From a phage: DNA of 64,000 nucleotides. Position numbers and translations under genes: made by a program. The stretch lies in assembly GCA_036930585.1 (NCBI GenBank), contig GCA_036930585.1_3066.1. The stretch is one strand, 5' to 3'. Of this stretch, positions 46,496-55,450 are shown piece by piece (position 1 is the first letter of the stretch; each line of letters starts with the position of its first letter). The notes below the pieces were generated by a model. It made no database searches and was not told the DNA's origin. It was given only the letters and a program-made list of their open reading frames with translations.

Positions 46496-46663
46496 CTATA
46501 GCAAAAGTTGCGTTTCATTTAATTGTTCTTCCGAACTTTCTGAAACTGGTAGTTCTTTAATGTAATTATAGCAAGGCCCAGGATGTACAGGACCTTTGTC
46601 TGTTTCAACAACCAATGCAGAATCGATTGGAGTTTTACAGACAACACAAATCTTATCTGACAT
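46496..46663 (-). CDS. small Cys-containing protein (55 aa), not in ORF track
   Basis: Hand-translated MSDKICVVCKTPIDSALVVETDKGPVHPGPCYNYIKELPVSESSEEQLNETQLLL; GAGGAG SD 6 nt upstream; late promoter upstream. Confidence 0.5.
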   Translation of the reverse strand: MSDKICVVCKTPIDSALVVETDKGPVHPGPCYNYIKELPVSESSEEQLNETQLLL

Positions 46664-46688
46664 GATTGTCTCCTCTGAATTATATATC

Positions 46689-46696
46689 TATTTATA
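46689..46696 (-). promoter_or_regulatory. late promoter TATAAATA
   Basis: Exact TATAAATA on minus strand about 26 nt upstream of the 55-aa ORF. Confidence 0.5.
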
Positions 46697-46916
46697 CAAC
46701 TCTCATATGCATATCAATGCCCATATCTTTAGAATAAAAATATTCATCAAGATATCCGGCAAATTTTCCTTTAATATAAAGAACATCTTCACCGCACGGG
46801 TGGTCGGCCAGGATACGAATATCCTGACGCTTAAGATTATGCTTTTTCATTAAGAATTGAATTTCCGTTTCAAATTCTTCTTCATAATTAAAAGCATCAT
46901 CAATGTTATATCTCAT
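46692..46916 (-). CDS. hypothetical protein (74 aa), uvsY.-2-like
   Basis: ORF track; immediately downstream of uvsY. Confidence 0.6.
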   Translation of the reverse strand: MRYNIDDAFNYEEEFETEIQFLMKKHNLKRQDIRILADHPCGEDVLYIKGKFAGYLDEYFYSKDMGIDMHMRVV

Positions 46917-47329
46917 TATTTTCCAGCCTCAAATGCCCGCATGTCTTGAATATGCTTAATAGCAAATCCGCGTGATTTAATAGCATCAAGAGCTCCGCTA
47001 CAGAAATCCAATAAAATCCCCCAATACTGCAACGAGGTATCAACCTTTAAAACATCCTTATCAGCTGATAGAACTGTCTTCATTTCTGATTTCTCGTAAC
47101 GATCCATACTAAATTCATCACCATCTCCTCGTCCCGAGTAGTAGTCTAATTTAGCTTTAAGAGCAACTTTTTTCTGTGCATCAATTCTAAGCATTTCCTT
47201 TTTAATACTTGAATGCTTATTAAGCCATTTACTATATAACATCACATTATTAGCTGCTTCATACTGTAATTTAGTCGAATCTATAAATACATCTTTCTTC
47301 AATTCTTCTTGAAGATCTTCTAATCTCAT
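46916..47329 (-). CDS. uvsY: UvsY recombination mediator
   Basis: 137 aa; MRLEDLQEELKKDVFIDSTKLQYEAANNVMLYSKWLNKH matches recalled T4 UvsY. Confidence 0.9.
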   Translation of the reverse strand: MRLEDLQEELKKDVFIDSTKLQYEAANNVMLYSKWLNKHSSIKKEMLRIDAQKKVALKAKLDYYSGRGDGDEFSMDRYEKSEMKTVLSADKDVLKVDTSLQYWGILLDFCSGALDAIKSRGFAIKHIQDMRAFEAGK

Positions 47330-47369
47330 ATTGTTCTCTATTCAATTGTTATTGGATGGACTTAGATTC

Positions 47370-47395
47370 ATTATACCACGTTTATACGTGAAGCA
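47370..47395 (-). promoter_or_regulatory. MotA-dependent middle promoter (uvsY)
   Basis: Minus strand TGCTTCA (MotA box) + 13 nt + TATAAT, about 40 nt upstream of uvsY ATG. Confidence 0.65.
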
Positions 47396-47794
47396 TTATA
47401 CTCTATTACTGGAAGCCAGTTGTAGTTTTATCTGCTCAATATCATCAGGGTTATCGATGACTGAAAAGCGTATTTCTACTATCAAAGTATAATCATCATA
47501 AACCGGCATTACATTAACTGCTAATTTATCAATACGTGGCTCATAGTTTCTTACTGCGCTTTCGATATTACGCTCAACCGTGTCAGCAGTAAGAGGAGTC
47601 ATATTCTCAAAAAGTTGGTCAGATAAATCGCATCCAAATTCAGGGTCAAACGGTCTTGAACCTTTTCTTGTTGTAATAATTCCTAAAAGACTATTTTTAA
47701 TTGACCTTAATCCAAGTGATCTTGAAACGTCTTTGTTCCAATCCATTTTCATCTCTGGGTCAATATCAGAATAAAGCTTATTAATATTTGCCAT
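47396..47794 (-). CDS. 25: baseplate wedge protein gp25
   Basis: 132 aa; [54 protein letters not shown] matches recalled T4 gp25. Confidence 0.9.
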   Translation of the reverse strand: MANINKLYSDIDPEMKMDWNKDVSRSLGLRSIKNSLLGIITTRKGSRPFDPEFGCDLSDQLFENMTPLTADTVERNIESAVRNYEPRIDKLAVNVMPVYDDYTLIVEIRFSVIDNPDDIEQIKLQLASSNRV

Positions 47795-48420
47795 TACAAT
47801 AGCTCAAAGAATTCTTTGAGTCCTCTTATTACATGAGCGTGAGTTTTTCCACACTCTGGACACTTAATTGGAACAGCCAAATAAACAGTAGGCTTTAAAA
47901 GCATATCTTTTATAGCTACAATATCTGACTCTGTGATGATAGAATATAAATCTTCCAATTCTTTTTCATTTAAGTCTTCAACTGGAATGCTTTCACCGTT
48001 AGCATGAATCGTTTCTATACATGATACTATCATGTGGGCTATATTTTTATCATCAAAAATTTTAGGGTAATGGAATTTAATTTTAATGTCACCCAGTGTA
48101 TACCAGAGGTCTTCTGGTGCATCTATTTGTGTATGTAATAGATTTATATGGGTTGGTATTTCAGTTCCACAGGTGCACTTCCAGGAGTTTTCGTGATTAA
48201 CTTCTCCAAGAGAATGCGCCCATAAATGAATCAGCAGTAGTTCTGATTCTTGGCGGTTTAAATCTTTTGCATTTGTACAGTCTTTGATTAGCTTTTTAAC
48301 AATCTCTTCTACTGAACCATTCTTTTTAGCAGTAATAAGTTCTAGATATTCTTTAAGAGTAAATGCGCGACAGTTGATTATTTTAGAACCAACTCTCACA
48401 TCAAATTTGTATTCATACAT
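47794..48420 (-). CDS. 26: baseplate hub protein gp26
   Basis: 208 aa; synteny 25-26 divergent from 51. Confidence 0.85.
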   Translation of the reverse strand: MYEYKFDVRVGSKIINCRAFTLKEYLELITAKKNGSVEEIVKKLIKDCTNAKDLNRQESELLLIHLWAHSLGEVNHENSWKCTCGTEIPTHINLLHTQIDAPEDLWYTLGDIKIKFHYPKIFDDKNIAHMIVSCIETIHANGESIPVEDLNEKELEDLYSIITESDIVAIKDMLLKPTVYLAVPIKCPECGKTHAHVIRGLKEFFELL

Positions 48421-48441
48421 ATTTAGCTCCTTTATTTATCA

Positions 48442-48453
48442 TATTTATAAATA
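48442..48453. promoter_or_regulatory. divergent overlapping late promoters in palindrome TATTTATAAATA
   Basis: 12-bp palindrome carries TATAAATA on both strands between gene 26 (minus) and gene 51 (plus). Confidence 0.55.
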
Positions 48454-48470
48454 GAATAAAAGGAGCATCT

Positions 48471-49220
48471 ATGGCAAACATTATTCGTTGTAAATTACCA
48501 GATGGTGTTCATCGTTTTAAACCATTTACGGTAGAAGATTATCGAGATTTTTTGTTAGTTCGAAACGATATAGAACATCGGTCACCACAAGAACAAAAAG
48601 AAATAATTGCTGATTTAATTGCCGATTATTTTGGAGACTATCCGAAGACTTGGCAACCATTTATATTTTTGCAGGTATTTGTAGGGTCAATAGGTAAAAC
48701 TAAAGTACCGGTCACATTTGTGTGTCCAAAATGTAAAAAAGAAAAAACAGTTCCATTTGAAATATATCAAAAAGAATTAAAGGAACCTGTTTTTGATGTA
48801 GCTAATGTTAAAATTAAATTAAAGTTTCCTTCTGAGTTTTATGAAAATAAAGCAAAGATGATTACTGAAAATATTCATTCTGTTCAAGTAGATGAAATGT
48901 GGTATGATTGGAAGGAAATTAGTGAATCGAGTCAAATAGAACTTGTTGACGCCATCGAGATAGAAACATTAGAAAAAATTCTCGATGCAATGAATTCTAT
49001 TAATTTAACTCTACATATGTCATGCTGTAATAAGTACATTAAAAAATACACTGATATAGTAGATGTGTTTAAGCTATTAGTTAATCCAGATGAGATATTT
49101 ACTTTTTATCAAATTAATCACACGCTTGTAAAAAGTAATTATAGCTTAAATTCAATAATGAAAATGATTCCTGCCGAGCGCGGATTCGTATTAAAACTGA
49201 TTGAGAAGGATAAACAATAA
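48471..49220 (+). CDS. 51: baseplate hub assembly catalyst gp51
   Basis: 249 aa; synteny. Confidence 0.85.
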   Translation: MANIIRCKLPDGVHRFKPFTVEDYRDFLLVRNDIEHRSPQEQKEIIADLIADYFGDYPKTWQPFIFLQVFVGSIGKTKVPVTFVCPKCKKEKTVPFEIYQKELKEPVFDVANVKIKLKFPSEFYENKAKMITENIHSVQVDEMWYDWKEISESSQIELVDAIEIETLEKILDAMNSINLTLHMSCCNKYIKKYTDIVDVFKLLVNPDEIFTFYQINHTLVKSNYSLNSIMKMIPAERGFVLKLIEKDKQ

Positions 49221-50395
49221 TGAGTATGTTGCAACGCCCCGGATATCCAAATCTCAGCGTTAAATTATTTGAGAGTTATGACGCTTGGAGTAATAATAGA
49301 TTTGTTGAATTAGCTGCTACTATTACCACATTAACTATGCGTGACTCTCTTTATGGTCGAAATGAAGGAATGCTACAATTTTATGATTCTAAAAACATTC
49401 ATACAAAAATGGATGGAAATGAAATAATTCAGATTTCTGTAGCTAATGCAAACGATATTAATAATGTTAAAACACGAATTTATGGATGCAAGCATTTTTC
49501 CGTGTCAGTAGATTCAAAAGGCGATAACATCATTGCTATTGAATTGGGAACTATTCATTCTATAGAAAATCTTAAATTTGGTAGACCATTTTTCCCTGAT
49601 GCAGGTGAATCTATAAAAGAAATGCTTGGTGTCATTTATCAGGATCGCACGTTATTAACTCCAGCAATAAATGCTATAAATGCTTATGTTCCTGATATTC
49701 CATGGACTAGTACATTTGAAAATTATTTGTCCTATGTAAGAGAAGTTGCTCTAGCTGTAGGAAGTGACAAATTTGTATTTGTATGGCAAGACATCATGGG
49801 AGTTAACATGATGGACTATGATATGATGATAAATCAAGAACCGTATCCAATGATTGTCGGTGAGCCATCTTTAATAGGTCAATTCATCCAAGAATTAAAA
49901 TATCCATTAGCATATGATTTCGTTTGGTTGACTAAATCAAACCCGCATAAACGTGATCCAATGAAAAATGCTACTATCTATGCTCATTCATTTTTAGATT
50001 CTTCATTGCCAATGATTACTACAGGAAAGGGCGAAAACTCTATTGTAGTGTCAAGGTCAGGTGCTTATTCTGAAATGACTTATAGGAATGGCTATGAAGA
50101 AGCTATTCGTCTTCAAACTATGGCACAATACGATGGCTATGCTAAATGTTCTACTGTCGGTAATTTTAACTTGACTCCTGGCGTTAAAATTATTTTTAAT
50201 GATAGTAAAAACCAATTTAAAACAGAATTTTACGTTGATGAAGTTATCCATGAATTATCCAATAATAATTCAGTAACTCATCTATATATGTTCACTAATG
50301 CAACGAAACTGGAAACAATAGACCCAGTTAAGGTTAAAAATGAATTTAAATCTGATACTACCACTGAAGAAAGTAGTTCTTCCAATAAGCAATAA
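49220..50395 (+). CDS. 27: baseplate hub protein gp27
   Basis: 391 aa; synteny. Confidence 0.9.
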   Translation: MSMLQRPGYPNLSVKLFESYDAWSNNRFVELAATITTLTMRDSLYGRNEGMLQFYDSKNIHTKMDGNEIIQISVANANDINNVKTRIYGCKHFSVSVDSKGDNIIAIELGTIHSIENLKFGRPFFPDAGESIKEMLGVIYQDRTLLTPAINAINAYVPDIPWTSTFENYLSYVREVALAVGSDKFVFVWQDIMGVNMMDYDMMINQEPYPMIVGEPSLIGQFIQELKYPLAYDFVWLTKSNPHKRDPMKNATIYAHSFLDSSLPMITTGKGENSIVVSRSGAYSEMTYRNGYEEAIRLQTMAQYDGYAKCSTVGNFNLTPGVKIIFNDSKNQFKTEFYVDEVIHELSNNNSVTHLYMFTNATKLETIDPVKVKNEFKSDTTTEESSSSNKQ

Positions 50396-50873
50396 AGAAG
50401 TTTCTATTCCTAAAATGGGTCTTAAACATTATAACATTTTAAAAGATGTTAAAGGTCCTGATGAAAATTTAAAACTTCTTATTGATTCTATTTGCCCGAA
50501 TTTATCACCGGCAGAAGTTGATTTCGTTTCCATTCATTTATTGGAATTTAATGGAAAGATTAAATCTCGTAAAGAAATAGATGGTTATACTTATGACATT
50601 AATGATGTTTATGTATGCCAAAGATTAGAATTTCAATACCAAGGAAATACATTTTATTTTAGACCGCCTGGAAAATTTGAACAATTTTTAACGGTGAGCG
50701 ATATGTTATCCAAATGCTTGCTTAAGGTCAATGATGAAGTTAAAGAAATTAATTTTCTTGAGATGCCAGCATTCGTTTTAAAATGGGCAAATGATATTTT
50801 TACAACTTTAGCAATTCCTGGCCCTAATGGTCCAATAACTGGAATTGGTAATATTATTGGATTATTTGAATGA
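50340..50873 (+). CDS. 28: baseplate hub distal subunit gp28
   Basis: 177 aa; overlaps gene 27 by 56 nt. Confidence 0.8.
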   Translation: MNLNLILPLKKVVLPISNKEVSIPKMGLKHYNILKDVKGPDENLKLLIDSICPNLSPAEVDFVSIHLLEFNGKIKSRKEIDGYTYDINDVYVCQRLEFQYQGNTFYFRPPGKFEQFLTVSDMLSKCLLKVNDEVKEINFLEMPAFVLKWANDIFTTLAIPGPNGPITGIGNIIGLFE

Positions 50874-52642
50874 AAAAGCCACAAGAAATGCAAACGATGC
50901 GTAGAAAAGTTATTTCAGATAATAAACCAACACAGGAAGCGGCTAAATCCGCTTCCAACACTTTATCTGGGCTTAACGATATATCTACGAAATTGGATGA
51001 TGCTCAAGCTGCTTCTGAATTAATTGCTCAAACTGTCGAAGAAAAATCGAATGAAATAATTGGAGCAATTGACAATGTAGAAAGCGCAGTGAGTGATACT
51101 ACTGCTGGTTCTGAGTTAATTGCTGAAACTGTTGAAATTGGCAACAATATTAATAAAGAAATCGGTGAATCACTCGGGAGCAAATTAGATAAATTAACAA
51201 GTTTACTAGAGCAAAAAATCCAGACAGCTGGAATTCAACAGACTGGAACTAGTTTAGCCACGGTTGAAAGCGCTATTCCTGTTAAAGTTGTTGAGGACGA
51301 TACAGCTGAATCTGTTGGTCCTTTATTACCGGCTCCTGAAGCAGTTAATAATGATCCTGATGCTGATTTTTTCCCTACCCCTCAGCCAGTTGAACCTAAA
51401 CAAGAATCGCCAGAAGAAAAACAGAAAAAAGATGCATTTAACTTAAAATTATCTCAAGCTTTAGATAAATTAACAAAGACTGTTGATTTCGGATTTAAGA
51501 AATCTATTTCAATTACTGATAAAATATCAAGCATGCTATTTAAGTATACAGTCAGTGCTGCTATTGAAGCTGCTAAAATGACTGCAATGATATTGGCTGT
51601 TGTTGTCGGAATAGACCTGCTGATGGTTCATTTTAAATACTGGTCAGATAAATTTTCACAGGCTTGGGATTTGTTTAGTACAGACTTTACTAAATTCTCT
51701 AGCGAAACCGGAACATGGGGCCCTTTATTACAGAGCATCTTTAGTTCTATTGATGAAATTAAAAAATTCTGGGAAGCGGGAGATTGGGGCGGTTTGACGG
51801 TAGCTATTGTAGAAGGGCTTGGAAAGGTTCTTTATAATTTAGGAGAGCTTATTCAATTAGGTATGGCTAAATTATCTGCAGCAATTCTTCGAGTCATTCC
51901 TGGCATGAAGGATACTGCTGATGAAGTAGAAGGAAGAGCATTAGAAAATTTCCAAAATTCTACTGGAGCATCTCTTAATAAAGAAGACCAAGAAAAAGTA
52001 GCAAATTATCAAGATAAACGAATGAATGATGATCTTGGCCCAATAGCAAAAGGATTAGACAAAATTGCGAACTGGAAAACTCGTGCATCTAACTGGATTC
52101 GTGGTGTAGATAATAAAGAAGCACTAACTACCGACGAAGAGCGTGCGGCAGAAGAAGAAAAATTAAAGCAACTTTCACCGGAAGAAAGAAAAAATGCTTT
52201 AATGAAGGCTAATGAAGCTCGTGCTGCGATGATTCGTTTTGAAAAATATGCCGATTCAGCTGATATGAGTAAAGACTCAACGGTTAAATCAGTTGAAGCT
52301 GCCTATGAAGACCTTAAAAAACGGATGGATGACCCGGATTTAAATAATTCACCGGCAGTTAAAAAAGAACTTGCTGCTAGATTTTCTAAAATTGATGCTA
52401 CTTATCAAGAGCTCAAGAAAAATCAGCCTAATGCCAAACCTGAAACTTCTGCTAAATCACCAGAAGCAAAACAAGTCCAGGTAATAGAAAAGAATAAAGC
52501 ACAGCAAGCTCCTGTTCAACAAGCATCTCCTTCGATCAATAATACTAATAATGTTATTAAGAAAAATACTGTCGTTCATAATATGACACCCGTAACGAGC
52601 ACGACTGCTCCTGGTGTATTTGATGCGACTGGAGTTAATTAA
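50870..52642 (+). CDS. 29: baseplate hub / tail length determinator gp29
   Basis: 590 aa; synteny. Confidence 0.9.
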   Translation: MKKPQEMQTMRRKVISDNKPTQEAAKSASNTLSGLNDISTKLDDAQAASELIAQTVEEKSNEIIGAIDNVESAVSDTTAGSELIAETVEIGNNINKEIGESLGSKLDKLTSLLEQKIQTAGIQQTGTSLATVESAIPVKVVEDDTAESVGPLLPAPEAVNNDPDADFFPTPQPVEPKQESPEEKQKKDAFNLKLSQALDKLTKTVDFGFKKSISITDKISSMLFKYTVSAAIEAAKMTAMILAVVVGIDLLMVHFKYWSDKFSQAWDLFSTDFTKFSSETGTWGPLLQSIFSSIDEIKKFWEAGDWGGLTVAIVEGLGKVLYNLGELIQLGMAKLSAAILRVIPGMKDTADEVEGRALENFQNSTGASLNKEDQEKVANYQDKRMNDDLGPIAKGLDKIANWKTRASNWIRGVDNKEALTTDEERAAEEEKLKQLSPEERKNALMKANEARAAMIRFEKYADSADMSKDSTVKSVEAAYEDLKKRMDDPDLNNSPAVKKELAARFSKIDATYQELKKNQPNAKPETSAKSPEAKQVQVIEKNKAQQAPVQQASPSINNTNNVIKKNTVVHNMTPVTSTTAPGVFDATGVN

Positions 52643-52650
52643 GGAATAAT

Positions 52651-53745
52651 ATGGCAATTGTTAAAGAAATAACTGCTGATTTAATTAAAAAGTCCGGTGA
52701 GAAAATTTCAGCCGGACAGAGTACTAAATCAGAAGTAGGAACTAAAACATACACAGCCCAGTTTCCAACTGGGCGTGCTAGTGGTAATGACACTATAGGG
52801 GACTTCCAGGTAACAGATCTATATAAGAATGGATTATTATTTACTGCATACAATATGTCATCTAGGGATTCTGGAAGTCTTAGAACGATGAGATCTAACT
52901 ACTCTTCTTCATCTTCGAGTATTTTACGTACAGCCAGAAACACTATCAGTAATACAATATCAAAACTATCAAATGGACTAATATCAGATAATAATTCAGG
53001 AACAATAAGTAAAGTTCCTGTTGCAAATATTCTTTTACCTAGATCTAAATCTGACGTCGATACGTCATCACATAGATTTAATGATGTTCAAGATAGTCTT
53101 ATTACAAGAGGTGGAGGTACTGCTACTGGTGTGCTAAGCAATATGGCTTCAACCGCAGTATTTGGAGCGCTGGAAAGTATAACACAAGGTATAATGGCTG
53201 ATAATAATGAACAGATTTATACGACAGCCAGAAGCATGTACGGCGGTGCTGAAAATAGAACTAAAGTGTTCACTTGGGATTTGACTCCGCGCTCAACAGA
53301 AGATTTAATGGCTATTATTAATATCTATCAGTATTTTAACTATTTTTCTTACGGTGAAACTAGTAAATCTCAATATGCTGCTGAAATAAAAGGATATTTA
53401 GATGAGTGGTACCGTTCTACTTTTATTGAGCCGTTAACTCCAGAAGATGCAGTTAAAAATAAGACGTTATTTGAGAAAATGACATCGAGTTTAACTAACG
53501 TTCTTGTAGTTTCAAACCCGACAATTTGGATGGTGAAAAACTTTGGTGCAACATCTAAGTTTGATGGAAAAACGGAAATATTCGGTCCATGTCAAATCCA
53601 GAGTATCAGATTTGATAAAACACCTAATGGTAACTTTAACGGATTAGCTATTGCTCCAAATCTCCCTAGTACATTTACTCTCGAGATTACTATGAGAGAA
53701 ATTATCACGTTAAACCGTGCTTCTTTATATGCGGGGACTTTTTAA
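52651..53745 (+). CDS. 48: baseplate tail tube cap gp48
   Basis: 364 aa; synteny. Confidence 0.9.
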   Translation: MAIVKEITADLIKKSGEKISAGQSTKSEVGTKTYTAQFPTGRASGNDTIGDFQVTDLYKNGLLFTAYNMSSRDSGSLRTMRSNYSSSSSSILRTARNTISNTISKLSNGLISDNNSGTISKVPVANILLPRSKSDVDTSSHRFNDVQDSLITRGGGTATGVLSNMASTAVFGALESITQGIMADNNEQIYTTARSMYGGAENRTKVFTWDLTPRSTEDLMAIINIYQYFNYFSYGETSKSQYAAEIKGYLDEWYRSTFIEPLTPEDAVKNKTLFEKMTSSLTNVLVVSNPTIWMVKNFGATSKFDGKTEIFGPCQIQSIRFDKTPNGNFNGLAIAPNLPSTFTLEITMREIITLNRASLYAGTF

Positions 53746-54710
53746 TGTATTCTTTAGAGGAATTTAATAATCAAGCAATAAACGCAGATTTCCAACGTAA
53801 TAATATGTTCAGCTGTGTTTTTGCTACAACTCCATCAACTAAAAGCTCTTCGTTGATAAGTTCAATTAGCAACTTTTCTTATAATAACTTGGGCCTAAAT
53901 TCAGATTGGTTAGGATTAACTCAAGGCGATATTAATCAGGGAATTACTACGCTAATTACAGCTGGCACACAAAAACTGATAAGAAAATCAGGGGTTAGTA
54001 AATATCTTATTGGTGCCATGAGTCAACGTACAGTTCAAAGTTTATTAGGCTCATTTACAGTTGGTACATATTTAATTGACTTCTTTAACATGGCATATAA
54101 CTCATCTGGATTGATGATATACTCTGTAAAAATGCCAGAGAATAGATTATCCTATGAAACTGACTGGAACTATAATTCTCCTAATATTCGTATAACTGGG
54201 AGAGAATTAGACCCTTTGGTTATTTCATTCAGAATGGATTCAGAAGCTTGTAACTATCGTGCAATGCAAGACTGGGTTAACGCTGTTCAAGACCCAGTAA
54301 CTGGATTGCGTGCTTTGCCGCAAGATGTCGAGGCAGATATTCAGGTTAATCTTCATTCTCGCAATGGATTACCACATACTGCGGTGATGTTCACTGGATG
54401 CATTCCAGTGTCCGTAAGCGCTCCTGAGTTATCATATGATGGAGATAACCAAATAACTACATTTGATGTTACTTTTGCGTATAGAGTGATGCAGGCTGGA
54501 GCAGTTGATAGACAAGCTGCGCTTGAATGGCTTGAATCTGCTGCTATAAATGGTATTCAAAGCGTTCTCGGAAATAGTGGAGGTGTTACTGGACTATCTA
54601 ATTCGCTTTCACGACTCAGTAGATTAGGTGGAACTGCAGGAAGCATTTCAAACATTAATACTATGACAGGAATTGTCAATTCGCAAAGTAAAATATTAGG
54701 AGCAATATAA
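53745..54710 (+). CDS. 54: baseplate tail tube initiator gp54
   Basis: 321 aa; synteny. Confidence 0.9.
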   Translation: MYSLEEFNNQAINADFQRNNMFSCVFATTPSTKSSSLISSISNFSYNNLGLNSDWLGLTQGDINQGITTLITAGTQKLIRKSGVSKYLIGAMSQRTVQSLLGSFTVGTYLIDFFNMAYNSSGLMIYSVKMPENRLSYETDWNYNSPNIRITGRELDPLVISFRMDSEACNYRAMQDWVNAVQDPVTGLRALPQDVEADIQVNLHSRNGLPHTAVMFTGCIPVSVSAPELSYDGDNQITTFDVTFAYRVMQAGAVDRQAALEWLESAAINGIQSVLGNSGGVTGLSNSLSRLSRLGGTAGSISNINTMTGIVNSQSKILGAI

Positions 54711-54714
54711 CAAT

Positions 54715-54740
54715 GGGGACCTTTCGGTCCCCATATTTTT
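54715..54740. terminator. bidirectional terminator GGGGACC-TTTC-GGTCCCC + T-run
   Basis: Perfect 7-bp stem followed by ATATTTTT; between convergent gene 54 and the alt-region genes. Confidence 0.7.
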
Positions 54741-55029
54741 ATTTACGGAATGAAATGAAAGCAGCAACTGAAGCAACTAAACTGTCTTCAATATAAACTT
54801 CAATTTTTACCGGAGCTTCTGACTCAAATTTACCTGTTACTACACCCTGAAAAATACTTTCAGTCTGTTCTGGCTTTGAAAAATTTTCAGAAGGAAAAAT
54901 TCCAAATTTTTTATCTGTTCCGAAAATTTTGATAAATTCATCATAAACTGCTTCATTAAAAGCGTTATCAGCAGGAATAACGCCTTCAACTACAAGTTCT
55001 TGACCTAAAAAGCGTAAAGAAGATTTCAT
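54739..55029 (-). CDS. hypothetical protein (96 aa), alt.-3-like
   Basis: ORF track; downstream of the alt cluster. Confidence 0.55.
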   Translation of the reverse strand: MKSSLRFLGQELVVEGVIPADNAFNEAVYDEFIKIFGTDKKFGIFPSENFSKPEQTESIFQGVVTGKFESEAPVKIEVYIEDSLVASVAAFISFRK

Positions 55030-55061
55030 TTTGTGTTCCTCATGTTATGTCAGTAAGACTA

Positions 55062-55265
55062 CTATAACACAACACGAGGGACTTGTAAACTACATTTTGA
55101 ACTTTTTAGTACGCGTAATAGGCATGCGTCGATTTTATACTGTTTCATTGTTTGAAGAGCAGTATCAAAAACAGCATTAATGACACCAATTGGATTTCCA
55201 CCCAAGTTTTTAAGCTTAACTAATGATAGTTTCTCATTAACACCTATCATTACGATATGCATCAT
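55062..55265 (-). CDS. Alt N-terminal paralog fragment (67 aa)
   Basis: MMHIVMIGVNEKLSLVKLKNLGGNPIGVINAVFDTALQTMKQYKIDACLLRVLKS parallels Alt residues about 62-128 (MMHIVPFTLTAKGSIAKLKGLGPSPINYINSVFTVAMQTMRQYKIDACMLRILKS). Confidence 0.5.
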   Translation of the reverse strand: MMHIVMIGVNEKLSLVKLKNLGGNPIGVINAVFDTALQTMKQYKIDACLLRVLKSSKCSLQVPRVVL

Positions 55266-55450
55266 TTTGTCGCCTGGTTTAACGTTTTATCTGTATCACC
55301 GCCAGAGGTGTATGTACAAAATCTAAATCCAGGAAGCACGCTTTCTTCGCCGGCTTGAATAGCAAAAATTTGTGGTATTTTATGCTTAGGATTTAAGTTA
55401 ACAACCGGCGCCGAAGCGCCGTCAAATAATTATGTAATAAGTTCCATGAT
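55266..55450 (-). pseudogene. degenerate duplicate of the alt 5' end (premature stop and frameshift)
   Basis: DNA reads ATG GAA CTT ATT ACA TAA versus alt ATG GAA CTA ATT ACA GAA; further homology to alt codons 7-60 continues out of frame. Confidence 0.6.

Noticed and set aside
46596-46853. 85-aa plus-strand ORF in the uvsY-downstream region
   Set aside because: Overlaps the minus-strand genes (55-aa ORF and the 74-aa ORF) and a late promoter; highly hydrophobic low-complexity translation; no SD.
47282-47289. TATAAATA on the plus strand inside uvsY
   Set aside because: No plus-strand gene lies downstream for over 1 kb; probably a chance A/T-rich match in a 35% GC genome.
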